The notes beneath the pieces were generated by a model, which saw only the letters and a list, made by a program, of their open reading frames with translations, was not told where the DNA came from and ran no database searches. A program made the position numbers and the translations under genes. A DNA stretch of 64,000 bases from Chrysomallon squamiferum (Eukaryota > Animalia > Mollusca): contig CM022665.1 in NCBI GenBank assembly GCA_012295275.1, positions 26,784,001 through 26,848,000 of the forward strand, in the 5' to 3' direction. This document shows, in pieces, positions 15,201 through 26,080 of the stretch (the first letter of the stretch is position 1; each line of letters begins with the position of its first letter).

Positions 15201-16347
15201 TACATTTTGTTCATATTATTTTACTTGACGTATATATTTATGCATAAGTTTGTGTGTGTTCATTTGTTATTAATAGACATAAAAATGTGTATATTACATA
15301 GAAATCTTCCTGAGTATTAGAATTAAGTGTTTTCATTCCTTTAATGCCTTTTTTCTCTCTTCATATTTTATAGTTTTGATGCTGGGACAAAAGAAGAAGA
15401 AAATCATCTCTCCCACTGCAATGAAAGAAGAACCTGGCATCAACATACGCACTGTGTGTCGACAGAAGGAAACCATTTCCAGCACAGCTACAACACCAGA
15501 GCCTGAACCTCCAAGGGTATATAAGACAGAATTATTAAAACACAATATTAAACTATTTCTAGAATGCATTCAGAGACGATGCCAACAATTAAATAGTGAA
15601 GTGAACCTCAAAATAATTTTTGTATACTGCAAAATGATATTTTGTTTATTTATTTTGATAGTTTAATACATTAATGGAATTCTTGATAATTTACTGTGGT
15701 TATTAAATTATTCTGTTTTATTTTATTGTTTTATCTGTAACAGATTCAGAGTCCAAAGGATTACACAACTACAGCTAACCTGGTTGATGTGAACAACATG
15801 GATAAATTTTTCTCTAGCATTGATCCAAGTGCAAAAGCTGAAGCAGAGGCAGCTGAGGTAAAATTTTGTTTACATTTTGTTGTTGTTGGTTTATTTACTT
15901 CATTTCATTTACTGTAAACTCTTGTACCCAATAGTATATTGCTAAATAGGTATTAATAAATTAACTTTTATATGTATTTTTTTAATTATTTTTAATATTA
16001 CTTTTTTTTAATATATTTTTTAAATTTTGTGTTTCTGATTTTCTGTTTCATTTCTTTGTTTATATATATAAATTGAATTCAGTTTTATATTAAAATAAAT
16101 GAAAATGAAAAAAATAATAATAAAAAATATATTTATAGAAAATTGACATGAGCATGAGAGCTCCTTTCATACCAATGACAGCTGATGAAGATTTATGTCT
16201 CATGCCAACAACTGAGACTCTGTACTCAATGAACCCTGATTTTGATCCTGGGTAAGTAATTTCATCCTTAATCCATTGTCCAGTAGGATTAGCCTTATGT
16301 AAAACTAGGCTATAATATTATATGTAGAAGTAAAACTGTATGGATGG

Positions 16348-16378
<31 letters not shown>

Positions 16379-18192
16379 TGCGTGCGTGAGTGCATGTGCC
16401 TGTGATTATGTGATTTTCTTATTTCCACGGCAAACATATAAAATAAATAAAACATTAAGAAAGAAAAATGTTCCATCACTGAAGTGGTCAAGTAAATACA
16501 AAAGGGGATATATTCTGGATACGTTCACCCTCTAACTGTGTATGATGTATATTTTTAATTAAAGAAAATCATTTTTACATAATAATTGTAAATAAACATT
16601 TTTTTTCAAGTGGCTTATAAACGATGAACAATAATGTATATTATTAATTAAAATAAAAACATTTTTATCTAATATCTACAAATAAACAAAATTTTGAAGT
16701 GACTTATTATTTTTCTTCACCTAGACTGTTTGGACGAACAGAATCTGTTTTTATGCCAAAGTCTGCCTTATTTGAGTTCCCTCCAGCACCATCTCAACCC
16801 AGTGTGCACGAAATGCTAGAAGGTAGCACAGTCGTGGCCAGCATTGAGCAGCCTCCAGATAAAAAATACCAACAGGTCAAACGACCACTGGATATGAACA
16901 GCTTAGAAAAAGGTCCACCTATACCGAAAGCCATCAAGATGAACCAGCCTCCAAAAACTGAAGGCATCAATTCTGGAGGTACATGTGAGTGTAAAATAAA
17001 TAGTTGTCACTTTATTTCTGTCTTCAAAACATTTACATAATGACATATTTGTTCTCAAACGGATGTGTTGGAACTGTACAAATCATAAGTTAACAATTGT
17101 TATGTAGTCTTTTATAAGTATTGTCAGTTTTTAGGAAGATTTATTATTATGAAAGTTATTTAATACAGTTGCTTTTTAAAGATTACTTGAAGTTACAACT
17201 GAATATTTTTAAAATTACTGTTTTACTTCATTTTTGATACAGAAGCTGGATTTCTGTGTACCTGTTTTCTCTAATAGTGTTCACTATGTTCTATTTTAAA
17301 TAGTGAATACTTATTAATTTATTCATAAATTTGTGTATTTTTATGCAGAGGTATTGTTAAACATTCATAATTAATTCATAATGCAAATGAATGTAAAAAT
17401 TTTGAAAATTTATTTTTTCAGGCAACACAACAAAGGACAGTGTTTTGCTTAATTTACTGTTGACTGGAGAAGATCGGAATCATGGCTATAAAGTCAACTC
17501 ACTCCTGAAGTGCAGTTCACCAGAGGTAATACACTGAATAAATATATTACTTGAATATTGGTAAAGCCAGTGTAATGAGTGAAATACAGATTTAAAAATA
17601 TTTGTATAATATTGTTTTGTTCATTTGAAACTTCACGGAGTGTCATCAGTGGTAAAAAAATATTATGTATAAAAATCATGCTGCGTTTTATTGTTTTTTA
17701 AATTTGAAAGCAAACAAGTTGCTGCTGTCATAAATTTACTTCTATGTTTTAGCTAACTATAACTTGAAATTTCCTGTATTAAGTTGATATTAGATTTAAA
17801 ATCTTTTTTTTTTAATAAAGGATGAAATTAATTTGTTTACCCTATAGCAATGTAGGATTTTTTAAAAAAGATTTTTATATGATGAAATTAATCTATATTT
17901 ACTTTATTTAAATTTATTTTCTCAGCACTAAGCTTTTTAACTTTTTTTTTTCTTTCTTTCTTTCTTCTGAACTAAGCATATTTAACTACTTTTTTAAAGA
18001 AATGAAATTAACTAATACTTTTTTTCAATATCAATCCAGCTGAACTCATCTCGCTCATTCCTGCTGCCATGTCTGACAAATCATGACTGCGAGGTGAATG
18101 CTCCAACTTGTTCCAGCTCCAATCTCCTCCAGGGTCATGATCTCATCCAGGCTCTGGAACAGGCCAATCAGAGAGCTTCAGAAAAAGTGTGA
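5513..18192 (+). CDS. HIF1A: Hypoxia-inducible factor alpha (HIF-1alpha-like bHLH-PAS), 5'-truncated, 13 coding exons in window
   Basis: Exons join in consistent phase to about 645 codons: PAS-A ([23 protein letters not shown]; [21 protein letters not shown]), PAS-B ([32 protein letters not shown]; [25 protein letters not shown]), [21 protein letters not shown]. bHLH not found in window. Confidence 0.97.
6019..6210 (+). CDS. HIF1A: HIF-alpha exon, PAS-A
   Basis: [24 protein letters not shown]...[18 protein letters not shown], cag|...|gtaaga. Confidence 0.95.
8241..8280. repeat. (CA)n microsatellite
   Basis: Read directly from sequence. Confidence 0.95.
8761..8954 (+). CDS. HIF1A: HIF-alpha exon, PAS linker and start of PAS-B
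   Basis: VVKCTGHL...[34 protein letters not shown], donor ag|gtaata. Confidence 0.95.
12626..12732 (+). CDS. HIF1A: HIF-alpha exon, PAS-B
   Basis: [35 protein letters not shown], ttcag|...|gtaagt. Confidence 0.95.
13813..13960 (+). CDS. HIF1A: HIF-alpha exon, PAC
   Basis: [49 protein letters not shown], donor ag|gtatgt. Confidence 0.95.
14513..14679 (+). CDS. HIF1A: HIF-alpha exon
   Basis: [14 protein letters not shown]...[16 protein letters not shown], phase-consistent, donor t|gtaagt. Confidence 0.9.
15103..15189 (+). CDS. HIF1A: HIF-alpha exon with N-ODD (LNYLAP at 15123-15140)
   Basis: [23 protein letters not shown] matches the LxxLAP prolyl-hydroxylation motif. Confidence 0.95.
15374..15516 (+). 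CDS. HIF1A: HIF-alpha exon with KKKK basic cluster
   Basis: [22 protein letters not shown]...PEPEPPR, phase-consistent. Confidence 0.85.
15744..15857 (+). CDS. HIF1A: HIF-alpha exon
   Basis: [38 protein letters not shown], cag|...|gtaaaa. Confidence 0.85.
16139..16251 (+). CDS. HIF1A: HIF-alpha exon with C-ODD ([10 protein letters not shown], Pro codon 16163-16165)
   Basis: [19 protein letters not shown] resembles vertebrate LEMLAPYIPMDDD, donor gg|gtaagt. Confidence 0.92.
16725..16978 (+). CDS. HIF1A: HIF-alpha exon (end at 16978 or 16984)
   Basis: [12 protein letters not shown]...[21 protein letters not shown], two phase-1 donors 6 nt apart. Confidence 0.85.
17422..17525 (+). CDS. HIF1A: HIF-alpha exon with [12 protein letters not shown] block
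   Basis: [24 protein letters not shown], ttcag|...|gtaata. Confidence 0.9.
18040..18192 (+). CDS. HIF1A: HIF-alpha terminal coding exon, C-TAD (CEVNAP at 18088-18105)
   Basis: [34 protein letters not shown]...V*, with the FIH-target Asn motif. Confidence 0.95.
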   Translation: MNSSRSFLLPCLTNHDCEVNAPTCSSSNLLQGHDLIQALEQANQRASEKV

Positions 18193-19569
18193 ATGGGTGG
18201 AGTTTAGAGGAAAGCCATCATATTTGACAGAAATAGAAGAACATAATACACAAATCATAGACAATAGCCTGTAGACTGTTGGATTGGCTCACCTGTCATG
18301 ATATCTGAGATTGTTGATGTTCACTTAGTACAGCATAAATATAGTGATTATTGTGGTAATAACTGTGTTTATATTGATGAACTACTTGTTTTGATTGTGT
18401 TGATCATATTATAAAGGATTTTAACATTTTATTTTTTATTTTTTATTGGTTTTTTTTTTTTTAATTTTGATAATTTTTTTTTTTTTTAAATGATTTTTAT
18501 TTAATTTTTGTTTTGTTTTCTTTTCATTTCTTTCTGTGCTTGTTTTTGAAATGTGCTTGGATTGGTTGCAGAGTTGTAAATGCACAGTAATAACTGATTG
18601 ATACTTGTACAGCCATGACAACTGTCAAACTTTTTAACTAAAGTGTAAATTTTGGATGATTATTTAAACTCTTGTGATTTATTTTTAATCCCTGTTTCAA
18701 ATTATGTTTAAATTGGTCCGTTTCTAATTACTTGTTGTTTGTCTATTGTATTGTTGTGTTTCCCCATCAGTCCTCTTCTAACAGCATTGTCTTCACATAA
18801 AATTTAAATTAAGAATTTTAAATGAGTAAGATGCAGTTCAGATTATTTGGGGCACTTGTTAATACTGATCACTTTGAAGATTAACAATAGTTTGACAGTT
18901 GTCACATTGTTGTTGCAGGAAACGTACAAATACATTTTGTATCTGAATCAAAATGACATTTATTACTTAAACTGCATAGCTAAACGGTCTTAGTATTACA
19001 TTGTGAAGAAAAATAATTGTTAAAATATATTTTATTGATAAATATTTGTCTCATAAGCATATTTGTAAAAGCTATGCATTCAAATATAGACAAATATATA
19101 TATATATGTATCTTTGTTAAAATTAAATTTAAAAATGTAATTTTCGAACTGAAATTTATACTTTCAGTCTGGCAAACCTTAATCATTACCTGTCTCATGC
19201 CTTATCCTTATCCAGGTGTTTCAAACGTAAATAATAACCAATGATTAATAGTTTATTATCTGCACTTCGTTTTTGCCTTTTGTTTTTTTCCTTTTTAAAT
19301 TGTTTTTCATTAATCTTGTTCATGATGGCACAAAGATCAATAGAGCTTAATTTATTATTATAAATTACAGAAAACATTTTAAATTTGATTTTTTTATCAT
19401 TTTTCATTCAGATTATTTAACAGATATATATTTTTTCTACTAAGACTTTCATTTCAACAAGTCCCAAAATTCCAAGATTTAGGAAGATGAAAGTGCTGGA
19501 GTTTTCAAGTGCTAAAAAGTTGAGACATTTATTCTCCTGACCAGCTGCATTTTAGCAGCTGAATTAATA

Positions 19570-19588
19570 TTGTTGTTGTTGTTGTTGC

Positions 19589-19654
<66 letters not shown>
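19570..19654. repeat. (TTG)n(TTA)n microsatellite
   Basis: Read directly from sequence. Confidence 0.95.
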
Positions 19655-19655
<1 letters not shown>

Positions 19656-20207
19656 TAAATTACACTTTGATGGCTTACATATTTGTCATGATAAAATAAT
19701 ATTGTACATATGAATATATTTGGTGGTTAAGAATTGAAATGTTTTTAGATTCAAATCAAACGTAGAATAAACAGTGGTATAGCTCTGTGAAAATAATTAT
19801 TAATTTCCCGTTTTTTTTGTAAAAAGTTTTCATTTAATTTTGGTTATTTTTATTTGTATCTTAACATTTTGACAAATGAATTGTGTAATTTCATTTTTGT
19901 TGTCAATTAATATTATTTTGTTAATCCAATTTATAATTGGGTAGTTTTCATTTTGTCTTAATGCTTGTTTTTGATTTTATTAATCATCCTGTTCACAGAT
20001 ACAAATCATAATAATTTGTTATTTTATGTCATTAAAACATTTTTAAATTAATTTTATTTTATTTTTATTTAAATTTTAGTATGTATATGAAAGTTTCTGG
20101 TATCTTATTTTGACATGTCCTGTAATTTTTAACATAATTGTGCCTTTAATGGGCAGGGAAATCATTATTTTTTCTTTATTATAATGATTATATTGTATAG
20201 AGACCAT

Positions 20208-20251
20208 AATAAACTTCAACATTTTTATTTATTTGTCTTCATGCAAATAAA
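20208..20251 (+). terminator. Candidate proximal poly(A) signals of HIF-alpha
   Basis: AATAAA at 20208 and about 20246, followed by T/GT-rich sequence. AATAAA is common in this AT-rich DNA. Confidence 0.4.
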
Positions 20252-21106
20252 GATTTTGATTTTCTTTGTGATAAAAATCAGATTTTCAAGATGCAGTTCA
20301 TATAAAAATATTTTAAAATAAATAAACTTGAAAAATTAAAAATTAAAAAACAAAAAATAATAATTAAATAAAAATTTGACAATCCGCTATCAGAAATCCA
20401 AAAAGCTTTGAAATTAATTTTCTGTTTTCATCTTACTTAAAAAAAAAAAAAAACATTAATAAATAAATAAATAAATAAATTATCTGATATAAATTTATGT
20501 ATTATTGAATAATCCCTTTAGATTGTTGATTGTGCCCAAAGATTGTTGGCCTGTACAATAATAACATAGTATTCAATTGTTTCTACAGAGTTATTATTAC
20601 CACTGCCTACTGTCAAGTACTTCCTGCAAGTCATGGCTACAGATATTAACTTATAAACTTTAAAAATTAATAAACTTAACATCATAACTTTAGCAAATAA
20701 CAAAGTGCAGAGAAAACTGTTAATCGCTAAACAAGAGTTCTAATAGCATCTGCAAGTTAACAATAAAATTATTAGAACTGAAGTAAGCAAATTCTCAAGT
20801 TGAAAAATGATTTTAAAAACAAAAACAAATAAGGATCAGATATTTGTGGTTGAGACATCTATTACTTTTTGCATAAGGTTTGTACATTATTAAAAAATAC
20901 CAGCATCCAAAGACTAATAGAAAATCCTATACTGTGACCTAGCCTTACATGAAGTTTTTGCCAGTAATGTATAATATACTAACTACACAATTTTGGCTTC
21001 TGTTTCAAATTTAATCTTTTGAGTAAGAAGTGGAAGAGCTATTTTATTATACTAGTGTTTGAATTTGTAAAATATTAATATTTAGACTATAGAATTACCA
21101 GTAATT

Positions 21107-21138
<32 letters not shown>

Positions 21139-21595
21139 CTGCTGTAATGTGTATATGTATATATATAAATATATGTATGTATACATAAACACTTACTCTA
21201 GAAACACTATGTAAGTCGAAAATTAATGTGAATCGCACAACGTTTCAGCAATCATCTGTTTGTACAGTAATGTCATGTTAAATTGTACAGAATATTTCCT
21301 GTGAAAATTACTTGATGCATGTTGATCAAACTGTTTTCTTTTTTCTCCATAATGCTACTATTCTTTTCTTATGTTCAGTGTTTATATCTTTTCTCCATGA
21401 GACCAGTGCATTGGAAAATGCATTTTTTTTTTTTTTTCTTTCTTATTTTTAGCGGTAGTGTTTATATATATATGTATATATAAATAGAGAAATAAAATGT
21501 ATTTTGTTGCCCTTCTCACTTTTACTATAAGTCTTATCATCATTTTGCTTATGACTGATTATTAACATGCTGTGCATCAATGTTGCTTTCAATGA

Positions 21596-21627
<32 letters not shown>

Positions 21628-23376
21628 CTACTGTTTAATTATCTTTAAGTAACTAATTTCAAATTGGCATAACAAACCAACAAAGAAACAAAAATGGCAT
21701 TAATATTATCTTAAATTATTATTAACAACCTTATTCAGATCTGAAAAAAAAAAAAAATAATAATTTAATAAAATATGTTTATGTAAATATTTTAAACAAA
21801 ACTTTGTATTTAAATTAAATACCAGTATACTGTTTCTAAGGAGGAAACATTTTATATATTTTTGCATTTATTTGTGAAAGCTGAAATAACAAGTTAGCCT
21901 AAGAAAAATTTCCCCACCTAACTAACTGGATAATGGACTAAAAGCAACCTTTAACAAAAGAAACAAAATAAAATTTTCCTTTTTTTTTGTAAAAATGTTT
22001 TTTAATTTCTGTAAAATGCTCCAATATATTATATAAGAATTTAGTGTGCACCTCTGTATTGGATTGTTCATTTATCAGTGTGTGTTATATTTAGTTCAGA
22101 AACAACTATAAAGTTATGTTTACAAAAAGATAAATATTAATGGGTACACAAACATTTAAAAACAGACAAAGTCTGTATTATCCTTGGTTTAATGCAAACC
22201 AGTTTTAGTGTTATTGTTTTAGTTGGGTATATATTTTATAGAATTTTATCAGTATCGTAACATAGTTTAAAATTCATTGCCTGATAATCATATTGGACAG
22301 TTTTCATTTTATTATATTTTAAATTGTAAGTAATGAAATAGTGAATTACGCACAAATTTTTCATGTGGGATATGGTACTTCTTTTTCCCAGTATATATTT
22401 GTAAAAGAAAAAAAGGTAAATATAAAAATATAAAGAATTAGTTAAGTGAAATGGTGGAACTGCAAAATACTATTTAAATAAGTAATAAAAGTCTGCAGTA
22501 AAGGTAAATAGCATCTTGCAGCAGGGTTTACATATTAAATTTCGTCATCTGTCAAAACGAGAAGGATATCCAAACAAAAACACCACTGAAGGGTGCAAAA
22601 TTATTGATATTAAATGTACACATGAAAATATATGGACTTAATTATTTTATTTTCAATATTATTTGGACAACATAGTGGGTATTTTTGGTCCAAATTTATG
22701 AAAATATTTGGTTTGGTTACTTCATTATTGTGGCATATGACTCACTATTTCATTTTATTGTAAATTTGTTTTTGTGTCAGATCTGTAAAATAAACATTTC
22801 TTTTGTTATTTCAGTTGATTGTTTGTCAAATATCCAGGAAAATAGAAACTACTGTTTTTTGCCAAGATTGTATAAAGAGGATACATTTTATCATTTTTAT
22901 CATTTGCCCAAGAATTAGGGTATCATGGTTAATTTCCTTGAAAACCACAAGTTGGTACAGCCTTACATTTCAGTTCTTTTTAGGCTTCAATTTTACACAC
23001 ATACATTTTATTTAAAAAAAAAAAAAATAATAAAAAAAGGAAAATGTCATTCACTGTGACAAAATGGAAATTAGGTTTTAAAAGAAAGTCTTTTTTAAAA
23101 ATATTTGTTTAAAAAAATGTCAAATACTATGTAGCTGAATACTGATATTGAAGAGCAAAGCATATACTGAAAAACAAATTTAAAAAAATGAAATATTTTT
23201 AAAAAAGAAAGGTTTTAAAGATATGTACAGCTGTTATCAGTCTATTTTGTTCTAGGTCATCTGTCATTATGCTAACATTTTTGCCAGTAAAATTGGCATT
23301 TGTTCCTGGTATCCATAACAGTATCATGTTACTGGTATTGTCATTGTTGTACTAATGGTATTATTGTTATTATAGA

Positions 23377-23440
23377 AATAAAAAGTATATCTTAAAATGC
23401 CTGTGTTATCATTTGTTTTTGTGCTTATTTTTTATTTGTC
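23377..23440 (+). terminator. Candidate distal poly(A) site of HIF-alpha
   Basis: AATAAA at 23377 followed about 20 nt later by a GT/T-rich downstream element (ctgtgttatcatttgtttttgtgc). Confidence 0.45.
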
Positions 23441-25853
23441 AATAATAGGCTTCAATTCCATTATGTTTCTTATGGAATTTATATCCAGAATAACTTGGTC
23501 TAAGGAACTGCTTCTTCCAGTTCTTTATTACTTCTGACATTTTTTTTGTAAAAGAAAAAAGTGCATTGATAAACGCAATGATGTTTTTATTCTGAAAAAG
23601 CATAATGTGAATGACAAACACAATTTCTATGCATGTTTTTTGCTTTGCTACAAATGAAAATGCAATTTTATAAACAATTATTTTGTTTATAAAGGAATAT
23701 AATTTCACTATCTGGTAGAATGTGTTATTTGTCTTCATGTAAGTGAAAATGAAAAAAATGACAGCTGTTATATTTTTTTATATATAGGAAAACAATTTGA
23801 TTTCACTATCTCAAGAGTACCAAGATAATCAAAAATTGTTTCATACTAACAACTGTATGCTTGAAAAAATAACAGCAATAATAATAACACAAAACTTTGC
23901 ATGTGTGTGTGTATGTGTTTAATGAAATGTGAATTGGTGATATTGTATTCAATTTTAAAATTAAGTTATCTCCATTTTATCTCTAAAATGTTGTCATCTG
24001 CAACATTATATCAGATATATTTTTTTAAAATAACATTACATAATCAGTTCTGTTGACAGTTACATATTTTACCTCAAAATATATGACCATTTCATGCAAG
24101 CTCAGTTTACCTTTTTCAGATAAGTAGATGGCTATCTATAATGTATATATTATATGTATATGAAATTATTTCTATGAAAAATCTGAAGGATAAAAAAAAA
24201 GTGAATTTTTTGCTGACAGAATAGTGATCTAATAACAGATTTTACTGCTGAAGAATATCATTGTAGCTTATTATTTTGTCATTTTACATATTTACTAAGT
24301 TTAATATATTTATCTTGGCATCAATATGACCATTATTATTATTACTACTACTACTACTACTACTACTATTTGTGACTTACAGAGAATTAATGCAAGTTTT
24401 AAAGCACATCAGTATATTTTTATAATAAATGGTTTTTATATGCCAGCTATTCTTATATAATGATCATGTGAAGGAACATATCATCCCTCCACTGGCTAAT
24501 CTCATCAGTTAGCACTAAGGAGTCTTTGTCTGCACCTTCCCACAAAAGCCACACACAAATATTATATTTTTTATTTTATTTTTTTTCATCTTGTTTTATA
24601 AATTTGTATTTATTTATTTGTTTGTTTGTGTGTGATGTGTGTGTGCAAAATCAGTTCAGAAAAACAAACTATAGTCCAAACTGTTTCTGAGTAATATCCT
24701 GATTATTAATTACGTTTCACATTATTATGATATATAGAACCTGTCACAAATAACAATACAACTTAACACCAATTATATGTGTGTGCGCATGTTCATAGGA
24801 AGTTGATTACGCTCTACTACATTACAGAATCGCGAAATTATTCGGTTGTCCCACGCGATACATCGATTAGTTGTATCAGTGACACTAAAAAAAAAAAAAA
24901 AATCAATAACTCTGCCCACAACAGTGATTGATGATTCTCAAAGAGCAAACAAATCTGGACATGTACACTGTTGTTGTATTGATTTGCTGTGACCTAATTT
25001 TCTAGGTAAAACTATAAAAAGATAGTATTTCCAAAGAAGTGGAGCACATGTATACAATTAATTAACTGGATACGTTTATCAGTGACTGTGTGCGTACATG
25101 AGTGTATGTCTGTGTTTGTGTGAGCAGAGTCAGTTAATGACACCGTGGTATTACGTGTTCAGTTCATAATAATGCGTAACAGAGCTATATATTTCACTGA
25201 TCAGAATGTAACCGACTCGTTTTCCTCTTACTCTATATAAAATTAGAATTATTGGATCTATCTATCGCACTCGGTAAAATACATTTTAATCGGTAATATT
25301 TATGTTACATTTGAGTTTAGTTTCAAATTAAACTGTTTTTGTTTGATTTGCTTCAAACTGGCCAATTTTTTTTTTTTTTTTTTTTGCAAATATATATATA
25401 TATTTTTTAAATTAATAAAGTAATCTTAAGAATAAAGCGAAGTGTGTAACAACAATAAGATTATATTGATGCCTGTCAGAACTTTACTTTAAATCTAAAT
25501 TAATAATAATGATGATAATGAAAAGTGTGTAACTATCATTTTTAATTAATTAATTTATTTATTTACACATTACATGGAAAGTTACACAAGTATTACTGTT
25601 TAGCAGCCCCGACCAAATTACTTACAATAAAAGGCATTCAAAATCATGCCCCCCCCCCTGAAAAAAAGCCCCCGATTTAATTGAGATGTGGTATCGCAAA
25701 CCGCTTTACTTCGACATTTAAATAATAATAATAATAATAATGTAATAATAATATGTACAATTGGACGTGCCTGGGGTTACATCTGACAAACACCAGCGGG
25801 TCACCCGTCTCATAGAGGGCGCACCGCTCTAACACTCGCGGTAAAACCTAGAT

Positions 25854-25865
25854 GTACCTAGCAAC
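25854..25865 (+). promoter_or_regulatory. RFX X-box-like motif GTACCTAGCAAC
   Basis: Contains the RFX half-site CTAGCAAC, in a GC-rich block about 210 nt upstream of a Kozak ATG with a strong donor. Confidence 0.55.
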
Positions 25866-26073
25866 TAAATACACAAATTGACATTTCACCTCAAGTCTCG
25901 TAAGCTGCGGTGTGACATCACATCTATTATGTGTTCTGTACATGGACTTTAATGTTCTGCCATGGGGCATACATAACAGTATGGGATAAAATCGCCAATT
26001 TACTGTATCGTTCAGCTTTACCTGTGGATAACAGGAATTACCTGTGGTCGATCTTTTTTAAGTCACAGTCACC

Positions 26074-26080
26074 ATGAAAG
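26074..26080 (+). CDS. Candidate coding end of first exon of RGS22-like gene (ATG AAA G)
   Basis: accATGaaag|gtaaga, phase 1, in frame with acceptors at 29982 and 31194. Confidence 0.55.

Noticed and set aside
18190-18210. Stop-codon readthrough of HIF-alpha
   Set aside because: TGA-A context and another stop five codons later.
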